Source: Acidimicrobiia bacterium | Lineage (GTDB): Bacteria > Actinomycetota > Acidimicrobiia > Acidimicrobiales > Aldehydirespiratoraceae | Length of the DNA stretch: 64,000 nucleotides | Direction of reading: 5' to 3' | Assembly: GCA_022819505.1 (NCBI GenBank) | Contig: JAJEHD010000017.1 | Span: 1,516-65,515 of the forward strand | Program-made: the position numbers and the translations under genes | Shown: positions 36,109 through 44,670 of the stretch, one piece after another | Layout: each line of letters opens with the position of its first letter | How positions within the stretch are numbered: the first letter of the stretch is position 1 | Notes under the pieces: generated by a model | Told to the model about the DNA's origin: nothing | Database searches by the model: none | Seen by the model: only the letters and a program-made list of their open reading frames with translations

Positions 36109-38265
36109 ATGTCAATTGCACGCACCGATGTAAGAGTGGGGCTTGGCCCGGCCCGCGGCGCCTACCTCGTTAGGGCCGGCGATCGACGGGGATTTGTCGC
36201 GGCGATTCAGACGGCGTCGACACGCTGGGGAGGCGTGACGGAGCCCATCATTCCTGTAAGGGCCTCTGGACGAATCGACGACATGTGGGTGCAAGTCGTC
36301 AAATGCAGTGGCGTCCACGGGCTGATCAATGTGAGCGTTGCGCCCAGCGCAGCAGCGACAGCGCAGCGGCGACTTGGCCTACGACTCATCGACGTGAGAG
36401 ATCTTGACCTCGATGCGCTACTTGGACGCACCCTGTATCCGACCGCTGTGTCCCCAAACGACGAGGAGTGGAAGCGCAGGGCTGTGCTGCTTGCCGACGA
36501 ACACGCCCCGCTGTGGCTGAAGGTTGCGCTAGGCACGTTCCCGCCAGGACATCAGCAGTTCCGGCATCCCCTACCGGAAGCCATGATCTTAACGACGGAC
36601 ACTCAGGGCGATCTCGACCGCGCCATAGGTGCGCAGGTTGACCACAATACTTGGCTCGATTTTGGGGCGAACTCACTGGGAGCCTTCTTAACCGGCGGCC
36701 AGCTGGGCTTCACGCCGGTAATGGTGTGGATGACTCGTAGAGACAATCTGCGTGATTGTGTCTTCTTCTGGAATCTGCGTGCGCTCCGGTCTCTGAGGTT
36801 CTTTGTACTGACACCGATGTTGCTGTTGCCGCAGGGTCTACAGGTCGATTGGCAACGACTAGGGCGTGTGATTGCTCGGAACATTCCGTCGTGGAGCGAT
36901 CATGAGCCGAGTGTCCTAATGGGTTCACTCGCTGTCGAGGAGAACATTCTTAAGGAAGTCGCTGGCCTGCTCGATTTGGTTCCGACATCAAGTACGCCTG
37001 TTCCTGGTCAGATTTCAGGTCCGCGAGGCGTACCGGGCCCTCCTTATTCGTTCTGGATAGGACGGACGCCGCAAGACTACTTTCGGTTCACACGCTTCTA
37101 TGGGGTCGCCGCTGGAACGGTCGCACAGATGCACGGGCAGGACGGCCGCATCGAGTTTCCGTCACCTGTCGGTTTTCGTGCACCAGGACGATTGATCGCT
37201 CGTGTCGAAACGCAGCTTCTTGACGGGTTGCCGCGGCGACCTGTCATTGCGTCGATGGTCCACTCGGGTGCTCAGTGGCATCAGGACAGCTTGCAGGTCG
37301 ATGTGAACACACAGGAGCGTTATCGCATCCCCATTCAGGTACCGACCCTCGAACAAGCTGCTCGAGCACTGCTGGAGAACGCCTGTGATCGAGCAGAGGT
37401 CTCAGACAAGGGCAGATTAGGTCGGAGGCTCCTTGAGATGGGCGGCCATCGTCTACTCCTAGACGAACAGGTTCGCAATACAGCTGCGGAGCTGGTGACT
37501 CGCCGATCGAATCAGTTGCTCAAGGAGCTGTCACGCCTGCGCGATGAAGACCGACCTGATGAGGATCTAGTGCAACTGGCTCAGCGATGGGGAGGCACGC
37601 AGCAGCGTCGCTATCGCTCAGCCTCAGACCTTCGTAGCGTAATCGGCAAGACGGCGGGCGCAAGCGCGGAAAAGTTATGCACAGCAGGCTGGGCCGAGCG
37701 CGGTCTCGGTATCGACTGCGCACATTGTGGAATCCGCAGTTTCGTAGCCCTAGAGCAAGCGTTCGCTGCGCCGACGTGTCCGGCGTGTGGTGCTAGCCAG
37801 CCATACAAGGTCAACGCCAGCACTGGGGTGCCTGAGATGCACTATCGCTTGGGCGCCCTGATCGACCGTGCCGCAGATCAGGGCGTCGTGTCGCACCTGC
37901 TCGCTATTGCCGTACTCGAGGAAGCCTATGAGCGCTCCTTCCTGATTCCGGGCGCCAGTATCTGGTTCTCAGACGGTACTGAGCGCGAGGTCGATCTATA
38001 CGGTGTGTGCGACAGCATGGTCGTAGCTGGCGAGGCTAAAACGAGCCCTAGGTCCTTCAGCGACGATGACACCGCAAGGCAGGTTGAACTGTCAGCAACG
38101 CTCGGGGCGGATACCCACCTGATGGCTGCAACCGGCAAGATTGCTGGGGCAGCCATCAATGCCGCGAAGCTCAGCGCCATGTGTCACGGCATCGGCCTGA
38201 TCGTGATCGAAGGAGAGAGCATGCGCACACTCGCGCTGCCGCAACAGCAGGACAAAGACGCCTAA
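36109..38265 (+). CDS. Large uncharacterised island protein with C-terminal zinc ribbon and PD-(D/E)xK-like motif
   Basis: 718 aa with no family recognised. C537-x2-C540-x16-C557-x2-C560, then EVD629LYGVCDSMVVAGE642AK644. Clean single long ORF, less GC-rich than its neighbours. Confidence 0.6.
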   Translation: MSIARTDVRVGLGPARGAYLVRAGDRRGFVAAIQTASTRWGGVTEPIIPVRASGRIDDMWVQVVKCSGVHGLINVSVAPSAAATAQRRLGLRLIDVRDLDLDALLGRTLYPTAVSPNDEEWKRRAVLLADEHAPLWLKVALGTFPPGHQQFRHPLPEAMILTTDTQGDLDRAIGAQVDHNTWLDFGANSLGAFLTGGQLGFTPVMVWMTRRDNLRDCVFFWNLRALRSLRFFVLTPMLLLPQGLQVDWQRLGRVIARNIPSWSDHEPSVLMGSLAVEENILKEVAGLLDLVPTSSTPVPGQISGPRGVPGPPYSFWIGRTPQDYFRFTRFYGVAAGTVAQMHGQDGRIEFPSPVGFRAPGRLIARVETQLLDGLPRRPVIASMVHSGAQWHQDSLQVDVNTQERYRIPIQVPTLEQAARALLENACDRAEVSDKGRLGRRLLEMGGHRLLLDEQVRNTAAELVTRRSNQLLKELSRLRDEDRPDEDLVQLAQRWGGTQQRRYRSASDLRSVIGKTAGASAEKLCTAGWAERGLGIDCAHCGIRSFVALEQAFAAPTCPACGASQPYKVNASTGVPEMHYRLGALIDRAADQGVVSHLLAIAVLEEAYERSFLIPGASIWFSDGTEREVDLYGVCDSMVVAGEAKTSPRSFSDDDTARQVELSATLGADTHLMAATGKIAGAAINAAKLSAMCHGIGLIVIEGESMRTLALPQQQDKDA

Positions 38266-38385
38266 CTGGTGGCCCGTGCTTCGCGTAGTCGGTGGTGCGC
38301 CCCGTGTTCCGCGCGGCCGGGTTGTTTGATCTCCGACGGTGTGTTGGCGTGGCGCAACTCGTAGCCGAGGAGAGCGAGCATGTAG

Positions 38386-39558
38386 CTAGGTGATGTACTG
38401 GCCCCAGGCGTTCATGACCTCGCGGCGTTGCTCTAGCAGGTCGGAGCGCCGGTAGGCGGCTTCTACGGTGTTCTTGACGACGTGGGCTAGGCACGACTCG
38501 GCCAGCTCGCGGCTGACGGCCGACTCGGCGCACCAGTCGCGGAATGATGAGCGGAGGCCGTGTGGGGTCATGCCCAGGTCGAGGTCGTGGCAGAGTTTGG
38601 AGAGGGCTTCGGGAGTGATCTGCCGGCGCCGTGCCGAGGGAAAGACCAATGAGTCGGGAGCGCCGTCGCTGTATGGGCGTGCCTCGTCGAGCACGGTGAG
38701 CGCCTCGGGGCTTAGCGGGACCCGGAAGTCGCGGCCGACCTTGGTGCGCTGGCCTGGGATCGTCCAGGTGTCGGCCTCGATCTCGTTCCAGCGCATGCCG
38801 CGGACCTCTCCGGAGCGGGTCGCGGTCAACGCCAGCATCCACATGGCGAGCTTCGTGGTTGGGTAGGCGGCTGAGGCATCGATGGCCGCTAGCGCGGCAG
38901 GCACCTGGTCCGGCGGCAGTGCGGCGATGTGGCGGCGGGCGACGCCGTTGCGGGGCAGCGCCGCCAGCAACGCCTCGCCGGCGGGATCGTCGACACGGTG
39001 TCCGGCGGCCATCGCCCATCGGAACGCCAAAGAGAGCCGCTGGCGAACCTTCTTGGCAGTGTCGTGACGGTCGGTCCACAAAGGCCCGATGACTCGCAGC
39101 ACGTCTGCGGTATCGATCTGGTCAACTGGGCGGTGAATTAGGTTGTCGGCGTGGTTGCGGACGCTGTTGCGCCAGATCTCAGCCGAGCGGCCGCCGTTCT
39201 TCCACGACCCCGAGCGTGCCTCGATCACGGCTTCAAGCGCGTCGGCGAGGGTCGGGGTCGGGTTCTCGGTGATGCGCGGGTCGATGCCTTGGTCGATTTT
39301 GCGGCGGTTGTCCAGCGCCCGCTCGCGTGCGGTGGCCAGTCCCACCACCGGGAACGATCCCAGCCCCAAGTTGGTGGCGCGGCCGTTGATGCGGAGTCGC
39401 TGAACCCAGATCTTCGACAGCCGGCCGTTGGTTGTGCGCCGCACCCGCAGGGTGAGTCCGTAGCCGCCGCGGCCGTCGCCGTAGACACCGGGCCGGTTGA
39501 CCTGCCGCACGAAGGTCGCGGACAGTGGCAGACCGGCCCGCGAGTTCGATTCTCTCAC
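38386..39558 (-). CDS. int: Tyrosine recombinase/integrase, int2 (paralogue of int1)
   Basis: GVYGDGRGGYGLTLRV...LGSFPVVGLATARERA. Catalytic blocks ATRSGEVR, HGLRSSFRDW, LAHVV...AYRRSD. It lies about 145 nt from the att repeat. Confidence 0.9.
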   Translation of the reverse strand: MRESNSRAGLPLSATFVRQVNRPGVYGDGRGGYGLTLRVRRTTNGRLSKIWVQRLRINGRATNLGLGSFPVVGLATARERALDNRRKIDQGIDPRITENPTPTLADALEAVIEARSGSWKNGGRSAEIWRNSVRNHADNLIHRPVDQIDTADVLRVIGPLWTDRHDTAKKVRQRLSLAFRWAMAAGHRVDDPAGEALLAALPRNGVARRHIAALPPDQVPAALAAIDASAAYPTTKLAMWMLALTATRSGEVRGMRWNEIEADTWTIPGQRTKVGRDFRVPLSPEALTVLDEARPYSDGAPDSLVFPSARRRQITPEALSKLCHDLDLGMTPHGLRSSFRDWCAESAVSRELAESCLAHVVKNTVEAAYRRSDLLEQRREVMNAWGQYIT

Positions 39559-39564
39559 TTCTGG

Positions 39565-39692
39565 GTGTCACTTTCTCTGTCGCGAATGTCACTTGATGGG
39601 ATGCTACGCCCTGCAACCGGCTGAAACGGGGATACGCCCTCTCACCTGCGAATATAGGTGACACAAAGCGACAAACTGCAACCCGCTGAAAC
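39565..39692. promoter_or_regulatory. Candidate arm-type recombinase binding sites between int2 and the att repeat
   Basis: 17-nt direct repeat CTGCAACC(G/C)GCTGAAAC at 39611-39627 and 39676-39692. TGTCACT at 39566-39572 and 39587-39593. Inverted GTGACAC at 39658-39664. Confidence 0.45.
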
Positions 39693-39700
39693 CCCGAATA

Positions 39701-39718
39701 AATTCTCCTTAGCTCCAC
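39701..39718 (+). repeat. att repeat: copy of the tRNA-Ala 3' end (right island boundary)
   Basis: aattcTccttagctccac matches the tRNA at 26719-26736 (aattcCccttagctccac) with one mismatch. Confidence 0.8.
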
Positions 39719-39756
39719 TCGGAGGAACTCGCCAGGGACTATCAGGAGTTCCCGGC

Positions 39757-40530
39757 TCAGCCGGCCGTGAGCTGGCGAGTGAAGATCCGCCCCAGCCCAT
39801 CGATTCCATCGGCAATCCCGGCCAAGCGCAGCATGTGCCAGAACAGGGCCATGTTGCTCGACAGGACCGGCACACCGACTTCTGATTCCAGATCCGCGAC
39901 GGAGGCCAGGAGCCGGAGGCTGGTGCACGACACGAACACCGCGTCGCAGGGCGCGCTGCGGGCGATCGTCCGCACGCCATCGGCGACCGACTGCGGCGAG
40001 ATGCGCGCCACGGTGAAATCGTTCGACTCAAGGAAGGACCCCAGCGCGGTCACGGAGAGGCCTTCGTCAGCGAAACTCCGAGCGATCGGTTCGGTGACCT
40101 CAGCGGTGTAGGGGGTGACAACCGCGACCCGGCAGGCGTCGAGCGCACGGAGCGCGGCGACGGCGGCCGTGATCGGGTTGGTGCAGGCCACCCCAGGGTG
40201 CTCGCTCTGGATGGCGGCGGTCACGCGGTCGGCGCTGATCAGTGTCGCCGCCGAGGTGCAGCCAAAGCCGACCACGTCAAAATCGAACTCTCTGGGCAAC
40301 AGGGCGGCCGCCGCGGGAAGCCGCTGCTCCATATCGGTCAGGGTCTCTGACGTGACCTCCATCGAATTGGGGATACGTGAGTGGTAGAAGTCCACATCGG
40401 GGAGGTTCAGCATGCGGGCCTCGGCCTCGATCGTCTGATCGCTCTCAAGCACGATCAGACCGATGCGGGCTCGGGAACCAAAGCCATCGTCGGTGGCGAA
40501 CGGCAACTGCACCAGGTCGGGAACGGTCAT
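39757..40530 (-). CDS. Asp/Glu/hydantoin-racemase-superfamily protein (EutA / maleate-isomerase-like)
   Basis: Start at MTVPDLVQL (ATG 40530, a TGATG overlap with the upstream stop). Blocks RIGLIVLESDQT, GFGCTSA, VFVSCTSLR contain the paired catalytic Cys contexts. Confidence 0.6.
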   Translation of the reverse strand: MTVPDLVQLPFATDDGFGSRARIGLIVLESDQTIEAEARMLNLPDVDFYHSRIPNSMEVTSETLTDMEQRLPAAAALLPREFDFDVVGFGCTSAATLISADRVTAAIQSEHPGVACTNPITAAVAALRALDACRVAVVTPYTAEVTEPIARSFADEGLSVTALGSFLESNDFTVARISPQSVADGVRTIARSAPCDAVFVSCTSLRLLASVADLESEVGVPVLSSNMALFWHMLRLAGIADGIDGLGRIFTRQLTAG

Positions 40531-41681
40531 CAGATGATGGGAAGGTCGGGAGCGGCCCGTCGGCAGAGCAACTCGGCACCGCCTGCCCGCACGACGATGT
40601 TCTCCTCGTGGACCATCACCTTGCCGGCCGCCCACAGCAGACCCGGCTCGATCGTGAGCACCATCTGTTCCACGAGCGGAGTCTCGTCTGACGCAGTGTG
40701 CGAGGGCCATTCGGTGATCTGCATACCCAAGCCATGGCCCATCCGACCGACATCGTTCCCCAGAGACCCGGCCACCTTCAGCACCTCGTTCATGGCGGTG
40801 AAGACGTCGGTTGTGGTCGCCCCGGGCCGGGCTGCGGCGATGCCGGCCTCGGTCGCCTCCCACACCGCCCGGTACGCGTCCTTGGCGGCTTGTGTGGCGC
40901 TGGTGAAGGCGAAGTTGCGGTCGAAGTCGCTGAAGTACCCGTCATGGGTCGAGCCGGTGTCGAAGATCAGCATGTCGCCGTCGACGATCTCCCGATCAGT
41001 CGGCTGGCGGATGATGTCGTCGATCCCGCCCGGGCCGGTCGCCCCGACCAGATAGGGGACGTCGTCCGCGCCCTGCCTGAGGATCTCGGCACGGAACGCG
41101 GCGAACGCCTGCCGTTCGGTCATGCCGGTGGACAGCAGGTCCGGGAGCTCGTCGAAAGCGTCGGACACCACGCCACAGATGAAGCGATGCTTGTCGATCT
41201 CGAGCTCGCTCTTGACCATCCGCAGACCGCTCACGATGTCGGTGACATCGGTGAAACCACCGACCGCCGCCCGCACCCGGTCGAGATCACGGAGCGGCAT
41301 CCGCACGTGCGTCTCGGGACCCATCGGCATTCCGATCCGGCCGCCGGCGGAGAGTTCACGCAGGCAATCAACCAGCAGCGTCACGCCGTCGTCGTCCGGC
41401 CTGGGCGACGACCAGGTCCGGATGTCGTCGATCCATGTCGCGGCCATCGACGCCCGTCCGATGCTCGGGATGATGGCAACGGGCTTGCCGGTGGCCGGGA
41501 TGACGGTGAACCAGGGACGTGTCGGGCTCTGCCAGAACGGGGTGTGGAACCCGGTGAAGTACCGGACCTCCGGCTCGGTGGTGACGAGGATGGCTGCGAT
41601 CCCGCGCTCGTCCATCTCGGCCTGGCAGCGTCGCGTGCGCTCCGCGAACTCCTCGACGGGGAATCCTCGTTGAGGGACCAT
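40530..41681 (-). CDS. M24-family hydrolase (creatinase / ectoine-hydrolase DoeA-like)
   Basis: Start at MVPQRGFPVEEF (ATG 41681). Creatinase-type N-domain plus pita-bread core (IFDTGSTHDGYFSDFDRNF, GHGLGMQITEWP, LTIEPG). Confidence 0.7.
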   Translation of the reverse strand: MVPQRGFPVEEFAERTRRCQAEMDERGIAAILVTTEPEVRYFTGFHTPFWQSPTRPWFTVIPATGKPVAIIPSIGRASMAATWIDDIRTWSSPRPDDDGVTLLVDCLRELSAGGRIGMPMGPETHVRMPLRDLDRVRAAVGGFTDVTDIVSGLRMVKSELEIDKHRFICGVVSDAFDELPDLLSTGMTERQAFAAFRAEILRQGADDVPYLVGATGPGGIDDIIRQPTDREIVDGDMLIFDTGSTHDGYFSDFDRNFAFTSATQAAKDAYRAVWEATEAGIAAARPGATTTDVFTAMNEVLKVAGSLGNDVGRMGHGLGMQITEWPSHTASDETPLVEQMVLTIEPGLLWAAGKVMVHEENIVVRAGGAELLCRRAAPDLPII

Positions 41682-41682
41682 C

Positions 41683-42603
41683 TCATCCCTCCATGCCGGC
41701 CTTGGCCTGCTGCGAGAAGAACGAGGCGCCCGTCGGCACCTCGGGGAACTCCATCTCATAGGTCGAGCACCGCACGCGGTTGGTTCGCTCGCCCCGCACC
41801 ACCTCACCGTCGTAGATGCTGGGGAGATGGCTGACCTGTAACGGCTTGGAATCCTCGGCCCGGTACTCACTGATGAACAGAGTCCGTGGACGGTCCGACC
41901 CGTTCGGCGCCGATCCGTGCAACAGCCGGGTGTGCATCAAGCAGGCCGAACCGGCCGGGCCGTAGATCGGAACCGCGTCGGCGACATGGTCGGCCACGAC
42001 CTGCGGGCTGACCGCACCGGTGAACACCCCGTCGTGCCAATGATCGAACAGTTCTCCGCGGTGGGTTCCCGGCACCACGTTCAACGGACCGTTCTCGAGG
42101 GTCACGTCGTCGAGGAAGAACAGCACGGCGATGAGGTCCTCGTTGCTGTGAGGCTGGAACAAGAAGTCCTGGTGGTACTTGACCTCGGTGGACGCTCCGG
42201 GCTGCTTGGCGTTGATCTTCGAGTTGTTGAACTCGACGTTCGGCCCGATCAGCTGGGCGACGGCATCGAGGGCCCGATTGTCCCGCACCGCCGCCAGGTA
42301 ATGGTCCGAGACCTCCAGCGGCGAGGCAACCCGGCGGAGCCGTGGCGCCTCGGCGGTGTGCTCGGGCGCCAGGTCGAATCGCGGCCGACCGGCGAGCGTG
42401 TCGCCGTAGGGCTCGTTGTGCTCGCGGCTCTCCTCGACCCAGGCGTCGAAGTCGGCGACGAGGGCTTCGAGCTGCTCAGCGGTGATGGCGTGCTCGACGA
42501 ACAGGTAGCCGTCTGCCCAGTACGAGTCGATCTCCTCGGGCGACAAGGGACCGGCCGCTCGGGCCTCCACGGTTGGCCGGGCTGAAGGCTGCTCGACAAT
42601 CAC
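41683..42603 (-). CDS. PhyH-family Fe(II)/2-oxoglutarate dioxygenase
   Basis: YWADGYLFVEH, HxD motif in KYHQDFLF, and a distal His in LLHGSAPN. Confidence 0.7.
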   Translation of the reverse strand: MIVEQPSARPTVEARAAGPLSPEEIDSYWADGYLFVEHAITAEQLEALVADFDAWVEESREHNEPYGDTLAGRPRFDLAPEHTAEAPRLRRVASPLEVSDHYLAAVRDNRALDAVAQLIGPNVEFNNSKINAKQPGASTEVKYHQDFLFQPHSNEDLIAVLFFLDDVTLENGPLNVVPGTHRGELFDHWHDGVFTGAVSPQVVADHVADAVPIYGPAGSACLMHTRLLHGSAPNGSDRPRTLFISEYRAEDSKPLQVSHLPSIYDGEVVRGERTNRVRCSTYEMEFPEVPTGASFFSQQAKAGMEG

Positions 42604-42693
42604 GACGTGAACAGTACCCGGCAGCCGGATCCCGCCTCAGACGCGATAACTAGGCTCGCCGGGGTGCCGTGTGAAGCTGCCCGATGTCGCCTC

Positions 42694-42735
42694 TGAGCAC
42701 AAGTCCTCGCGGTCGAGTGATCGGGCTCGTGCTCA
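42694..42735. promoter_or_regulatory. Inverted repeat in the divergent intergenic region (candidate operator)
   Basis: TGAGCAC (42694-42700) and GTGCTCA (42729-42735), spaced by 28 nt, between the PhyH and cupin gene starts. Confidence 0.25.
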
Positions 42736-42940
42736 CAGCCACGTTCTTGTACGCGTCGGCGCCACCGCTACTCCACCTCACGGCCTCAGTCTTCCCAGAT
42801 TCGATCTGTTCCTTGTGGGCGCAATACTGATACTGACCGCGTCAATGTGATGATTCAATTGCGGCCCCAGGCGGGCATCCGGTCCCGGTAGCGGTTCCGG
42901 CCTCAGACCATCCCGACGATCCGAACACGAAGGAGCACCC

Positions 42941-43495
42941 ATGACCAAGTCACTCCAGCGCAACAGCACCACCCCGACCGAGTTCCGGGCCGTCGACCCG
43001 ACCGCGGCAGAGCTCCAGAGCCATCCCGAGTACTTCGCGGGGTCCATCCCGCCGGCGATCCGGCCCGCGTACTGGTCGATGCGGGAGATCCGGTCCCGCC
43101 TCCAGGCGATGGCCGACGATCCCCAGTGGGACGGCAACACCCGCTACCTGTCGCTGCGATCGACCGACGGGCCCAACAACTCGACCATCCCCACCATGTG
43201 GGTGACCATCCACCTGCTCAAGCCCGGAGAGCGGATCGACATGCACCGGCACACACCCGGGTCGATGTACTACATCATCAGCGGATCGGGGTACTCCACC
43301 ATCGACGAGTACCGCATCGACTGGGAGGACGGCGACTCATTCTCGTGCCCTTCCTACTCGTACCACGAGCACTGGAACACCGGCGACCGCGACGTGTTGA
43401 TGTACACCGTGCAGGACGCACCCACCTACGCATACAACCGGATGATGGCGTTCCAGGCCGGCGACAGCGAGGCGATGGAGTCGCTCCACAAGTGA
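42941..43495 (+). CDS. Cupin-domain protein
   Basis: GERIDMHRHTPGSMYYIISGSG...SFSCPSYSYHEHWN contains the two cupin motifs. SD GAAGGAG. Confidence 0.7.
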   Translation: MTKSLQRNSTTPTEFRAVDPTAAELQSHPEYFAGSIPPAIRPAYWSMREIRSRLQAMADDPQWDGNTRYLSLRSTDGPNNSTIPTMWVTIHLLKPGERIDMHRHTPGSMYYIISGSGYSTIDEYRIDWEDGDSFSCPSYSYHEHWNTGDRDVLMYTVQDAPTYAYNRMMAFQAGDSEAMESLHK

Positions 43496-43508
43496 GCGCC
43501 GCTCCGTC

Positions 43509-44624
43509 ATGACCTCCCCGGCCGCTCGCCTGTACGCCGCCCTCCACGAGGTGGCCTGCGACAACGACGCCATCCGGATGCGGCCGGGTCTGGCTCACGG
43601 CGACTACACATCGGCCGCCGCGCTGGCGCTGGAGGACGAGCGGATCTTCCAGCGGAGCTGGGTGTGCCTCGGGCATGGGTCCGACATTCCCGATCCCGGC
43701 GACTACGCGGTCGAGGCCATCCTCGACCACGAGGTGCTGCTCATCCGGGGGGACGACGGCGCCGTGCGGGCCTTTCATAACGTGTGCCGGCACCGTGGCC
43801 ACCCGGTCGCGGCCGGCTGCGGCAACGCCCGCAAGCTCATGTGCCCGTACCACGCATGGACGTACGCGTCCGACGGCTCGCTGTTCCATGCGCCCCACAC
43901 CGCGGACGTCGCCGGGTTCGACCGGGCGGCGCTCGGGCTCCGGCCCATCCGGCTCGAGACCGTCGCCGGCGCCCTGTTCGTGAGCCTCGACGCCGACGGT
44001 CCACCCTTCGAGGACTGCTACCCGGGGCTGCGAGCCGAGATCGAGGTCTGGGCGCCGAGCCCGGAGGCGATGGAGTTGGTGTACGAGTCGCCGGCCCGCC
44101 ACGACGGCAACTGGAAGGCCTCGGTGGAGAACTTCTCGGAGTGCTACCACTGCGGCCCGGTCCACAAGTACCTGACGGACAACATCATCGACCCCGGCTC
44201 GTACCAGGTCTCGGGGGCGAGGCTCGTCCAGCGCCACATTGTCGGGGGACGGGACCCGTCGATGACCCAGCGGCTCTGGCACGTCTGGCCCAACACCGCG
44301 ATGGGTCTCTACCCGCTGCCGGGGGTGGGGCTGGTCTGGTGCATCCGCCACATGTATCCCCGCACGGTGGCCTCCTCGACGTACCACTACCGCTGGTACG
44401 CGACCGGTGAGCAGCCGGCCGACGCCATCCGCGAGTACGCGGCCCACCATGCGGCCACCACCGGCGCTGAGGACGCCGCGGTCGTCGCCGGCGCGCAGCG
44501 CGGTATGCGGGGCGATCCCGCGGCCGCCAACGTGCTGGTTTGCAACCCGGCCCGCGGGGTCGGCAGCGAGCATGTGATCGCCTACTTCCACGACCTCGTG
44601 CGGGTCGCGCTCCAGACCCCGTGA
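43509..44624 (+). CDS. Rieske [2Fe-2S] non-haem-iron oxygenase, alpha subunit type
   Basis: CRHRGHPV-x-CPYHAW Rieske motif. Mononuclear iron block NFSECYHCGPVH. Confidence 0.8.
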   Translation: MTSPAARLYAALHEVACDNDAIRMRPGLAHGDYTSAAALALEDERIFQRSWVCLGHGSDIPDPGDYAVEAILDHEVLLIRGDDGAVRAFHNVCRHRGHPVAAGCGNARKLMCPYHAWTYASDGSLFHAPHTADVAGFDRAALGLRPIRLETVAGALFVSLDADGPPFEDCYPGLRAEIEVWAPSPEAMELVYESPARHDGNWKASVENFSECYHCGPVHKYLTDNIIDPGSYQVSGARLVQRHIVGGRDPSMTQRLWHVWPNTAMGLYPLPGVGLVWCIRHMYPRTVASSTYHYRWYATGEQPADAIREYAAHHAATTGAEDAAVVAGAQRGMRGDPAAANVLVCNPARGVGSEHVIAYFHDLVRVALQTP

Positions 44625-44670
44625 CGACCGTCCGGAAGCACAGGCCGCCAACGGATCGGAGATACCGCTG

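Larger units (their letters stand above)
26738..39718. mobile_element. Composite (tandem/modular) genomic island integrated at tRNA-Ala
   Basis: An 18-nt repeat of the tRNA 3' end sits at 39701-39718. The island holds two related tyrosine integrases, three AlpA-like genes and TA/defence-type cargo. The motif TGTCACT occurs near both ends. Confidence 0.8.
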
